The position numbers were made by a program, and so were the translations under genes. Below, piece by piece: positions 12,001 through 24,065 of a stretch of 64,000 nt of DNA. The notes under the pieces were generated by a model. It was not told the origin of the DNA. It was given only the letters and a program-made list of their open reading frames with translations, and ran no database searches. The stretch covers positions 719,550 to 783,549 of the forward strand of contig MU006094.1 in assembly GCA_010093705.1 (NCBI GenBank), written 5' to 3'. This DNA is from Patellaria atrata CBS 101060. Its lineage: Eukaryota. Position 1 is the stretch's first letter, and the number at the start of each line of letters is the position of its first letter.

Positions 12001-15000
12001 CATGCAGTCATATCAGAAGATGGCAAACACAAGATTGTGTGGAGCATACACCATGCGTTGTACGATGGAGACTCGGTCCCGATGTTCCTCAACATGGTTT
12101 CTAAAGCATATGATGGTGTCCTACCCGATCCTCAGGCTGGTCCATTCAACCACTTCATCAAATATACGATGAACTTAGATCTCGAGTCCGCTTCGAAATA
12201 TTGGCAATCTCAGTTTGATCCCATAAACCCTGTACAGTATCCAGCGCTGCCTTCCCCAACATACCGGCCGAACCCTGCATCAATCCACAGGCGACCTATT
12301 CGGTTCGCTCGACGACTTGCATCAACTATCACAACTGCAACACTGCTCCGAGCAGCTTGGTCCCTTACAGTGGCTAACGCCGCAAAATCCGCGGAGGTAT
12401 CGGTGGGAGTAACTCTTGCCGGACGCACAGCACCTGTGCCTAATATCGAAACTGTTGTCGGTCCAACATTCGTTACCCTCCCTACACGTGTTGCGTATGA
12501 TCCTAGTGATAGTGTCGTTGGATACTTGCAGCGAACTCAATCCTACATTGTTGATATGATGCAGTTTGAGCACACCGGTATCCAGAAGATTCAGGAATTC
12601 AGCTCCCAGTGTCAAAGTGCATGTCAGTTCCAGAATATTCTTCTTGTTCAAACTGAAGGTGATCTGAGCTATCGAAAACTCCTCGGTTATGACGACACGA
12701 CGGGCGGATTTGGCAGGTTCAACAGCCACTCTCTGATGTTGCTTCTCTTCCCCAGCAACGAGGGCGTTGATGCTGTCTTTAGCTTCGACAGTTCTGTGAT
12801 TAGCGGGGAGCGGGTCGCTCAGATTGACCAACAACTGGAGCATTTTATTCACATACTATGCTTGGAAGAGGACAATCGCCCAATCTCTTCAGTACTCAGC
12901 AGTGAAGTTTCTCAGGAGTTTAACGCCACGGGAGTTGTTCAAAGCTATCAAGAATCTAAGGAGGCCTCAGAAGAAGTCTCGAAACCAAAGGAAATGCCAA
13001 ACGGACTGCCAAATGGAACAGCTTCGGCTCAGAAATCGCCACCCAGCACAGAACAAGAGATCCTTTTAGCTAAGTTATGGGCTGATGTGCTCAGAATCTC
13101 CCAAGCAGATGCTATCAGTGTTACGGACGAATTCTTCAGCACCTATGGAGGTAATTCTCTCTTCAGTTTGAACCTTGTACAACGTTGCCAGAAGAATGGG
13201 TACCGCCTTACGGTCAAACAAATCTTCCAACATCCTAGGCTCGCTGACATGGCAAATACTATGAAAAAGATAGCCGCGGGTGAGAAAAAGGCTGCGATCA
13301 TCCAACCCTTCGCCTTACTTGAACCCAATGGATTGTCGAAGAAGGCTATTCTGCCAGAGGCCGCACAATCATGCGGTGTCTCGGAAGAAACGATTGTTGA
13401 CATTTATCCCTGCACCCCCTTACAAGAGGGATTGTTAGCGGTCTCACAAACACAACCGGGGTCTTACATCTCTAAGACCGTGCATGAACTTGCTGATGGT
13501 ATTGACATTGCTAGATTTCGTCTGGCGTGGGCCAAAGTGTACCGGGATATGGAGATTCTAAGAACCAAAATCTTCCAGCTTACTAGTCCACAGAAGTCCT
13601 TGCAAGTTGTTCTATCCTCTGATATGGAATGGCAGGAATCCACAAGTCTACCTCAATACCTCGAAGAGACCAAGGACATTGAGATGGGTTTCGGGACAGC
13701 CCTCAACCAATTCGCAATTATATACGACGAGAACTCGGCTAAGACATACTTTTCACTCATCATACACCATGCGCAATATGATGGCTGGTCCATGCCCTTG
13801 ATGTTCAACAGGGTCTATCAATCATACATTGAAGGCTCCACGGTACCCCGTGGCATCAGTTTTAATAACTTTGTCCAAGTTGTAACTTCACAAAATCCCT
13901 CGAAGCAAGAGGAGTTCTGGCGAACACAATTTACCGACGCTTCACCTATTCACTTCCCAGAACCTTCTCCTTCTGGTTCAAAGCCGGGCAGCCAGATCAA
14001 TATCGAGCATTCAATCAAAGTCTCAAAGCCTAAGAATTCTAGCATCATAACCTCTACCATTCTACGTGCTGCTTGGGCGATGCTCCTAGGGTCATATACA
14101 AACTCTGAGGACGTTACCTTCGGAGCAACATTGTCAGGAAGGAATCTACCTTTGCCAGGAATTGAAAACTTAGCAGCTCCAACGCTGACCACGGTTCCCG
14201 TTCGGGTTCAATTTGAAAGGACAGAGCAGGTCTCAGACTTTCTGCGTCGGGTGCAAGACCAGGTTACAGACATGATCGAGTTCGAACATTCCGGTTTGCA
14301 ATCAATCCGCAAACATTTCCCTGAAGTCTGCAATTTCGAAAACTTGCTAGTTATTCAACCGAGGGGCAAAGAGATGGATCAGTCAAGGCTATGGACTGCA
14401 ACTCAACTGGGAGATACATCACGCTTCCTTAGTTATCCTCTCGTCCTTCAATGCACGCTCGAGGACGATATCGATACAATTCAAGTTACAGCCACTTATG
14501 ATCCGAAACGCATTGCGCACACTCAAATGGATAGAATCCTCAAGCAGTATGGGACTGCAGTATCTCAATTAATGTCTGCGGAAGATAAAACTACCCTTGC
14601 TCAGCTCAATCTTATCAGCGCGGATGATGAGCAAACCCTCAAGGATTGGCTCCAGGAGCGTCCCGCACCTGAAATTGTGGACAGATGCCTACATGCATTG
14701 ATCACTGACCAGGTCTACGATCATCCAAAATCACTCGCTATAACATCCTCCGAAGGACAGGAACTGACGTATGGGGAGTTATACGAGTTCTCTTGCAGAC
14801 TACGTCACCTATTAGCTGAGAACGGTGCTCATCCTGGGATGAAGATACCAATAGTCTTTGATAAGAGCATATGGGCAATCGTTGCCATGACAGCTGTTCT
14901 TTATAGTGGAGCTGCTTTCGTACCCATTGATCCCGATCATCCTGCCAGTCGTCGCAACGCACTCTTCGACCAACTCAACCCTTCTATTATCCTATCTTCG

Positions 15001-17975
15001 CCGAAATATGCAGATCTGTTTAAGACTTACACAACCTTTGGTGTGGACCGTGGTTTCCTCGAGAAGCTGCCGTCTGTTAGGAACGGCGAGAGAAAGTACA
15101 GCCCTGTGCTGGTCTCTCCAACAGATCCCGCTTATGTTCTCTTCACTTCCGGCAGTACTGGAATTCCCAAGGGTGTGGTTATCTCCCATGGTACCGTTTC
15201 TTCATCAGTCAAGGCTCATGGAGGCGCTATGGGTATGAGCGAGAACACCCGAGCGCTACAATTCTGCTCTTATACCTTCGATGTCTGCATAGCTGAAATT
15301 TTCGCAACCTTGGTATTTGGCGGAACCATCTGCATACCCACACCAGAAGGTCGTATGAACAATCTCGCAGGCGAGATCCAGATTCTGAAGCCGAATTGGG
15401 CTTTCTTGACACCAAGCGTTGCAAGATTGGTTGATCCTTCCGAGGTGCCGAGTCTTGAAATCCTTGTCTTAGGCGGAGAGGAGGTCAAACCGAGCGATAG
15501 CTCTAGATGGAATGGGAGCAAAGTTCGTCTTATGAACGGTTATGGGCCTACAGAAGCTTGCGTGTTCTGCGTTACCAGCGATATCGATACCACTGCGCAC
15601 TCTAGGACAATCGGTAGAGCCATCGGCTGCTCAGCTTACATTACCGATCCAGAAGATCATACTAAGCTAGCCCCCATTGGTACTATTGGAGAATTGCTCG
15701 TTGCCGGACCTATTCTTGCCACTGGTTACCTTAATAGCCCCGAGACCACCTCAAAGGTCTTCATTCAGGCACCAGCTTGGGCCGAGAGGGTGAAGAGAGA
15801 CGCAGTCGCACCTAGGAGATTTTACAAGACAGGTGACTTGGTACGATATGATCACTGCGGAGAAATCGAATACATGAGAAGAAAAGACACACAGGTGAAA
15901 GTGGGTGGCCAAAGAGTGGAGGTTGATGATATTAACCATTGGATTCTCACCGACAGCGAAGTCAACCATTCCCTTGTACTCTTACCGAAGAGTGGCCTCT
16001 TCAGTGCGAGGAAGCAACTTGTCGCCGTCTTCTCGAAGAAACAGGATACTGAGTTCGGTGTACCCCTGAAATTGGTACCAAATGCTATTTCACAGCCAAA
16101 GATCTCAAGCCTCAAGTCAACACTAGCTGATAATCTCCCGACATACGCCGTTCCTGCTATCTGGATGGCTGTTGAGAAGATTCCTTTGTCGGCAGCCGGT
16201 AAGATCGATAGAAGACGAGTTCGTGAATGGGTTGAGAATATCTCCAAAGAGGAATACCTGGAAGTTACCGCGGCAAACACGCAAAATAGTAGCTCGGTAC
16301 AACCAAAGGGACCGCTAGAAGAGAAGTTGCAAACTATCTGGGCCTCTGTTCTTGAAATCCCGGTGGAAAGTGTATCTGCTGATAGATCGTTTTTCAGTTA
16401 TGGTGGTGACTCAGTAGGTCCCTTGAGCTCAACGTTTCTCACAATATCGATTCTAATATCCTCTAGATTTCTGCTATCCGAGTCGTAAAACAATGCCGCA
16501 AACAATTGATTGACGCATCAATTCAAGATTTGATGATTGCTCGAGGAATCTCGCATCTCGCTAAGATCGTAAATTCCAAGGAATCCACCACTATTCCCGT
16601 CAATCCTCCTGCCAAAGCGATCATCTCTCCCATGAGCACTGAGGCAGTTGCACAAGCAGCCAAGATAAGTAATCAGAACCCCGAAAACATTGAGAACATC
16701 ATGAGGTCCACACCTTTACAAGAGGCCATGCTGTCAAAGAGGTCTGAAGGATTCTATAACTTAGAGATGCTACTTGAGATCGAGTCCAGAGAACCACTGG
16801 ATATCAACCGCTTACAGGGAGCTTGGAACCAAGTCCTTAAACGTCATGCCGCGCTTAGAACCATCTTCGTCGAGCAGAACGGAAGAGCGGATCAGATTAT
16901 TCTCAAAGACATCGAATCGACGCTTTCTGTAGAAGAAGTGGAAGAAATTCGATCCCGCTCAAGGGAGAGCTCTATTAACCGTAAACCCGCCTATCCCCAG
17001 AATGGGCCATACCACAAGCTATCCGTCGTCAAGTCCGAAGGCAAACCGTTCGTGAAGATTGAAATTTTTCACGGTCTAACAGACGCCGTCAGTCTAGGGA
17101 CCGTATTCCGCGATCTAGCGCTCGCATACGACAGCAAACTTCCCTCGACCCCGGCTCCCCAGTTCTCAGAATACATCAACTACATCACCAACCAATCCGA
17201 GCAAGGCACAAAGTACTGGAACGAATACAGCGCAGGCGCTTTACCATCTCTCATCGCGCTGACGCCAGAAACCGACGCTACCGAGATGACACTCCTTCAC
17301 ACTGACGTGGAAATCGCACGACAGAGTGAAATAGCTTCATTTTGCCGACACCACGGCATCTCCATTGCGAACTTCTTCCACGCCACCTGGGCGCTCGTTC
17401 TCAAATCTTACATTCCATCCAAGGAGGTGACATTCGGCTACCTCGTCTCCGGCCGCGACATCGACATCGACGGCGTCGAGGAAACAGTCGGCGGTCTCCT
17501 CTCAGCCCTCGTCTCGCGACAAGCGGTGGATGATCAGACGTCCCTGACGCAGCTCCTAACGCGCATCCGAGACGACAGCGTGCAGAGCTCCGGGCACAAG
17601 TTCTGCGATATCGCGAAGATAAACCCGTTGTTTAATACTATGGTTAATTTCAGGTATTTTGCGTTCCCCTTTCATTTTCTAAAGCTGAAATCAAATCACT
17701 AACATGAAAACAGAAAATATCCCACCCCAGTTAAAGATGCGGATATTTCGATCAGTTTTGAATATAGAGAAGGCTTTGATCCGTGGGGGTACGATATCAC
17801 GTTGTTAATACAGGAAGGGGGGGATAAGATGGATGTTTCGTTGGCGCATTGGAATACTGCTTTTTCGGCTGCAAAAGGGAAGGAGATTGGGGATTGTTTT
17901 GGAAAGGTCGTTGAGGGTGTGCTTGGGGATGCGTCGCAGAGCGTTCGTAGTCTTTTGGGTTCGGTTAGGGCGTAA
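9060..17975 (+). CDS. Nonribosomal peptide synthetase, (partial C)-A-T-C-T-C-A-T-C(terminal)
   Basis: Exons 9060-9482, 9535-16413, 16467-17653 and 17714-17975 splice in frame. A1: FSSGTTGKPK, YGPAE, YKTGDL. T1: FFSLGGNS. C: HHALYDG. T2: FFSTYGGNS. C: HHAQYDG. A2: FTSGSTGIPK, YGPTE. T3: FFSYGGDS|I. Terminal C: FHGLTD...DPWGYD. The exact start codon is less certain. Confidence 0.93.
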
Positions 17976-18953
17976 AAAGTAATGGTGGGATTTTGGGTGG
18001 TTGTATATATAGAGTATTAATAGTTAATGAATCCCGTAATGAATGACTGTTGTGTTACTGTTAGGTTCTCTTTGTATTTGGACTGCTGGAGTTGATGGTC
18101 TGGAACTAGATCCATAGCACTGGAGCATTTTCGGTTTTATAGACTACCCGATTAGGTTAAAGCCGGACTAGTGTCAGATGCTGGGCTGGCTACTGTTCAC
18201 AACATCCTTTATCGTTCCTCCGCGTTCTTTATCGTCCAATTCTCTTTATGCAAATAAATTCCCTTTGTGGAATTGAAGAATACCTGATATAATAAGACGC
18301 GTGGCTATAGGAAGGATCGCATTGTCCAACGTGTGCAGCAGGATGCTGTAGGCTCTAATCGTGGTGCTGGCTTGAACGATTATAGAGCCTACGTCGTTAT
18401 AATACTAAAATAGCTCTATGATATTGATAGTATCCGATAGAGGGGAAGTCCATAAGTAGAGAGCTAAACATACTGGAAGGTTAGGTCAGTAAGTAGCAAG
18501 ATAGTGTGACTACTATTTCCCGTCAATACTTGGTTGTAGAAAGTATTCCTATAAGTATTTCGAACTACTAGGCGACAAAGCTGCTTGAAGGATAGTGCTG
18601 AGATTAGTAGCGGCTCATATATTTTCCCGGCCTAGCTTCTATCTTGCATTGACAGCAGCCCGTATGACATTGTTCGAAGCGGTCGTCAGTTCCGTAAAGG
18701 CTGTCAAGAAGTCTATATCTCGTGCGGCGGCGAGATCTATTCGACGAGTCGCAACCTCAAGGTCTGGTGTACCTTACTGGTGATTTGGATGTCTTTGTTT
18801 CGCCCTTCGATAGATATCTTGGATATTCTTGAAGCTGAACTTGAAGCTTTATGGGATATGTGTATGCCTTGTACTGTGTTCGAGTGTAAGGTTGAGGCGC
18901 AATTGGGCCCAAGTATTGGCCTATTTCGAATAGGAAGATACTCATCGTCGCAG

Positions 18954-19973
18954 CTACTCCCTGTTAGTAACCCCACGCTTCAGCATTGCCATATAATCTT
19001 CACAGCCTCCGTTATCGCGCGCCAATACCGAGTATGGGTAAGGGATATGACAGCTGCGACACACACATGGAGAGATAGAATAGCTATTGAGATGGTCTAT
19101 GACACTCAAGTAACGACTGGTGAATTGGGGATGCATACAGCGATATCTCAACTGATCTTGGCACGTTATGAGTGCTTTCTTGTGTTGAACGAAGTCATAT
19201 ATGGGCTTGTCGAGGTATTCACCGAGCATGAGGTTGCGCTGAATAGTCTTAATTTCTGCTGCGATCTCCCTGGCGCTCTGATATGTCCCCTTCCAATACC
19301 CAAGGATAACAGATTTGAGTAAGAGGTGATCCGTCTCCGGAATCGCTCCCCTTGCATAGCGGCCTTTTTGATCATCTTCATCGATCCCCGCGTAAGCCTT
19401 ATGGGTAGTAGATATCTGATAGATAATCGGGCCAAGTGCGAATAGCTCTGACTGCACTGTTGGTACGCCAGAGTTGTCTAAATCGGGGTGCTCAGCTTGT
19501 CCGCTGACCGTCACGGAGGGTTTATTTTCATCTATCCAGCTACTGGAAAAGTCGCAGTACTTGACATTGTCATCCCATTCAAGCAGCAAGTTATTGAGTG
19601 AGATATCGGCTTGGAAAACTTCCTTCTCGTACGTCCCTTCTGCTGCCTGAGCGGACCATCTCATAGTTTCCTCTGGTGTGGGAGTAGCACCTTTATGCTG
19701 AAGTATGAAAATTGGGACGCAGAGAGGGTACATGAGGCGCTCGAAAATAATTGCACGCTCGCGCGAGTATAAGTACTTTGCGATTCTGGGATGCTCGCCC
19801 AAGCGTTTGCATATGCTTCGTTCGACCATCAGGTCCTTGATGCGCTCCTCTCCGCCATAGAACCTTTTCACCACGGAGTAATCGTTAAGGGGAAAGGCCA
19901 TGCCGGATACTCCTGCGTTGAGCAAGAGGGTGTTCCAGGGCACCTTCGGTAGCTCAGGCGTGGATTTGCTCAT
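18954..19973 (-). pseudogene. Degenerate fungal protein-kinase-like ORF (probable pseudogene or pseudokinase)
   Basis: VVK, LGEHPRI, RWSAQAAEG, QADISLNNLLL (HRD position), KYCDFS (DFG position) and SELFALG are recognisable. The usual LxYxH before the catalytic loop appears shortened, the C-terminal tail looks non-homologous, and the flanks are rich in TA and stop codons. Confidence 0.55.
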
Positions 19974-20597
19974 CCTGATTCTTGACCGATTATCAAATCT
20001 AGTGAAAACTTCTCTTCTCACAATGGGATAAACTGTATAGTTGCGGTCTTTAGCCTTCTTCAGTCTTCTCGTAACCTGTTATCATATAGGCTTTGATTCG
20101 TCTCCTGAATCTCTAGGTTAGTCGAAGTGATTTCGTTAACCTAGTATGATGGAAAAATAAGGTAAAAGAGTGACTATTGTAATGAGAGAGACAATCCCAG
20201 ATCAATCTTGGGCCACCGTATATGCGCCTTTGGATAGAAAATATGCGCGAATGTTGCATTTGATTCGTTAAAGTAAAATATAACCAAGAGAGTAGAAGGT
20301 TAGCAGCATGAAATTTTCAATTACAGAACAATGAAATCGAGATTGATGCCCCTTACGGATGGCTAACTCCATGTAGTTTAGAGAGTGGATATAAAGACGT
20401 TCACAGCATCCGATTTTCTAGTCAGTCTCTAACAACTACCTTCTATGCTTAACATATCTTGTAGAAAAGAAATGCCGTATAAGGCGGTCCAGACACAGAA
20501 AGAAAATGATTCTGACGCCGAAATTCCTTCGTGAATCATTTCGCAGACGCTGACACAGTTCATAGGGTCCAACATCAGCCTGTCCCAAACAAACGGC

Positions 20598-23039
20598 TCA
20601 AAGGGATACCGTCTTCGGCGGGACCCCATACTGCGCCTTCTCCCTTAAAGCGTCAAGATCTCCCTGCTTGAACTCCACCCACACCGGCTCCACGCCCACA
20701 ACCTCCCTCCCCAGTAACGCCGGTGCCCAGTACATCGTATCGCCCGTACTGCTCTCCTCGACGGCCCGCACATCGATGCCCTCCTTCTTCAGCGGCACCT
20801 TGTTCTGCTTGTTGTTGTGCATCGGGACGATCTCCTTCAGCAGGCGCAGGAAGATCGGGATCGCGTACTTGGGCATCGCTTTCCGGCAGTACGCCATGAG
20901 CTGTGCGAGAAAGGTCGCCATGGAGGCCGGAGCGTGAGAGGCCCGGATGAAGATCGCAGCGCAGCCGGCGCGGCCGTCGAATCCGGGGACGAGCACGCCG
21001 TACACAATTGCTTCGAGGATCGCCGGGTAGGCGCTGAGGAGGGAGGCAATTTCGAGTGTCGAGACGTTTTCGGATTTCCAGCGGTATGTGTCACCGAGTC
21101 TGTCATGCGTGTGTGAGTAGTTGTAATATCCGAGGATAGGAGAAGATATGGAATTACCTGTCAAGGAAGAACCATCGACCATCAGGGGTTCTCCTTAACG
21201 CGTCTCCGCTCCTGTACCATAGATCGCCATGGGCGAAGACGTCTCTCTCGAACTTAGACTGCGTCGCCTTCTCATTCTCCCAGTAACCCACGAAGACTTT
21301 CTCGTGAGGTAATTTGACGAGGATTTCTCCTCCCTCTTCGTACGGTTTTCGCCTGGCAAATCCCGTCTTCGGATCCCGCCAGATATCCCCCGTCTCACCG
21401 TCCACCTCAACGGGTACGATCTTATTCCTCAGCATAAGCCTCATCAGCGCGCCGTGATAGCCCACTGCATCCTTCCTATATGGGCCCCTGCTCGCATTCA
21501 ACAAACTTGGCATGCCCTCCGTGCTATTGAAAAACTCGCAAATATACTCAACACCGAACCTCTCACTGAACTTCTCCCACACATCCGGTCTTAGTCCATT
21601 TCCGAACATCATCTTGACCCTATGCTGTCTATCCTTAGGAGTTAGAGGAGCTGCTAGTAGATATCTAGCAGTTTCCCCAACGTAGACAAAGGCTGTGGCG
21701 TCCGAGTCCCGGATATCGTCCCAGAAGCGGGAGACGGAGAATTTTTTGCCGACACAGAGAGTAATACCGCTGATCATACAGCAGACGGCGGTGGTGTTCC
21801 CGGTTCCGTGGTACAAAGGCATGCAGATGTACCATCGATCTCCAGATGGGCCGGCCTTCAGGCCGAGGGATTTCATGCGTGGGGTGCCGAGAACAGAGGT
21901 GCGGATCATTTGGAAGGCGCAAGCTTTGGGAAAGCCAGTTGAGCCGCTGTAATTTGTGTTAGTTGTCGATTTTCTCGTCTTTTCAAGGTTTTGATAGGAG
22001 CAGAACTAAGGGAGTTCAGGAGTAACCAACCTTGTATAAAGCAAACACATCGGAAACTCCGGCGGGATATTCTCCCTATACTTGTCCTCCGGTCTCTTAG
22101 GCTCTAAAGCATTTATCTCACTTTTCGCCGCCTTATCGAGCACTACAATCCTCATGCCCAACTCCCCTTCAATCCTTCCTCTCACCTCCTCTATCCTCTT
22201 TAAACACGCTTCATCGTCGTCCACCAGAATGACTTTAGCCCCACTGATTTTCAAACAATGCACCAGACCGTCACCACCGAGGTTGTAATTGATGAGCGCA
22301 GGTGCAGAACCGACAGCCCAGCTCCCCAACGTGGCGAACATAAAGTTAGGGGAGTTTGTCAGGTAAAAGGCCATGAGCTCCCCGGATTTAACGCCCCGGG
22401 ATATCAGAAATTGCCCGTACCTGCAAGATTGGGCGTACGCGTCGGACCAGTTGTAGCAGCCATCGCGGGACCAGATGCAGAGATGGGAGTCGCGGTATTT
22501 GAGCGCTTGCTCTTCAAAGCGGTACCAGATGCATACCCGTTTGTTCTTAGCTGAGATGGTGGTTAGTGGGATTCAAAAGAGTATTCGTTGGGTTCTTGAC
22601 TGTTCATCAACTTTTGGCATCTGATAATGAGTGGGAAGAGGAGGGGCGGAGGAGATATGGACAATACCATGCTTTGCATATTGCCTTGCCGCGGACCAGT
22701 CCCAGTATAATGTCTTCACGTCCTTAGCTATTTGAAGTTTGGCGTCGAGATATGCTGCTGCTGCACCTGTTGCTGCGATGGCGGCTGCGCTTGTGGCTAC
22801 TAATTTTTAGGAGTGATTGTTAGCACAATTCATAAGGTGGTTTCCCTTCTTTTCTAATCGTGGGCGGCCAAACACTCTTTTTGTATTCTTTTTTGGTTTT
22901 TTCTTTTTCTTTTTCTTTTTAGCTAAAGTGTAGACTACTCAAGCTCTCTCATCGCTATCGCCATGAAATAAAAAAGCAGTGGAGAGGTGACCGAAAGTTA
23001 AAGAGATAAAAGATATGTACATCACTTACCGAGCGCCAT
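20598..23039 (-). CDS. Fatty-acid transport protein / very-long-chain acyl-CoA synthetase (Fat1/FATP family)
   Basis: Micro first exon ATGGCGCTCG|gtaagt at 23039, then AAAAYLDAK, PALINYNL, LLYT|SGSTGFPKA (split by an intron), PLYHGTG, YVGETARY, GNGLRPDVW, NSTEG, DR|LGDTYRWKSENVST. Confidence 0.9.
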
Positions 23040-24065
23040 CTCTCCACCCTAAGACTCACTTCTCTTCCTCGTCTTATCTTGTGTTTCTCTTGTAGCTCTT
23101 TACACAGTAGCTCTCCCACGTAGATTCCCTTGAATGGAGTCGAGGAAGAAGGCCAATTCTATCGATGCGCGAGTAACACAACGGTATGGGTCCCGAAAAC
23201 GACAATTGCTCCAGTATTGAAGTAGTTCTAGTGATACACGATGGGTGTAGCGGCGCACAAGGAGCTGATAACAATCGTCAGACACAAATTGGGACAGCTA
23301 TGGCTTTTCAATGACAATCATCTGCATCGACATGGGCCATAGTTCTACTGCATGCGCACGGTTTCCAGCATGTCTTGAATGATTTTATTGCGTGCATACA
23401 TGGGGCACGAGCAAGCGTGCCCAAGTCAACCGTAAGTACTTCCTATTCGCAGTACACCAGCAGTAATGCGAGTAAAATGTCCACCGTTCTTCTTTCGTAC
23501 AGGTACAGTACATTACAGTACATGCTGAAGGATACGGTAAGGCAGTTGGGTGATCTTTCAGCTATTGAAAGGATTCGGACGAGATGAGGGAAATGTGGGA
23601 GTGAAAGCCGGGAAAGTTTGAGGTTATCGGCCGGCAATAGCGCTTCACCTTCTCATGCAGGCATCGCAGGAATGTGGGGTTTGACAGCTTTTGAGCCCTT
23701 TAGCTCCGGCAGTTGAGAGCTCGAGGGCCGGCGAGAGCTGCAGCCTCGGTATGTCGGTATATCTGTGTAGGTATAGAGGAAAAGTACAGAAACATACAGG
23801 TACCTCTACTTTTAGCCTAATATATGACTGTAGTCATAGTCCGTAGTGTAAAGTCCAAGTTCTACTACTCTATATACTGTATGTTTTTAAGAGGGATATA
23901 TGTAAACTGAATTCATGCTCTAAATACAATAGCAACGCTTTCCCATCCATGAGATTTTTGTCTTCAACGTCAATCATATGCTTATGAACTAAGATCTATA
24001 CAAGATGAATTTTCTAACGTACTGTACAATACAACGACACAGTCTCACTAAACGCTCCACGATAA

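Noticed and set aside
16414..16505. Apparent NRPS split or frameshift between ORFs 9733-16488 and 16506-17702
   Set aside because: Explained by a canonical 53-nt intron (16414-16466) that restores GGDS|ISAIR in frame.
9060..17975. Siderophore synthetase (because of the T-C repeat)
   Set aside because: The T-C unit is internal and not a C-terminal repeat, no ornithine monooxygenase or transacylase is nearby, and the transporter is a DHA2 efflux type.
1538..23039. Beta-lactam-like cluster (IPNS-fold oxygenase + three-T NRPS + CefD1-like ligase + MFS)
   Set aside because: The NRPS lacks the three A domains, epimerase and thioesterase of ACV synthetase, and the oxygenase resembles 2OG amino-acid hydroxylases and not IPNS.
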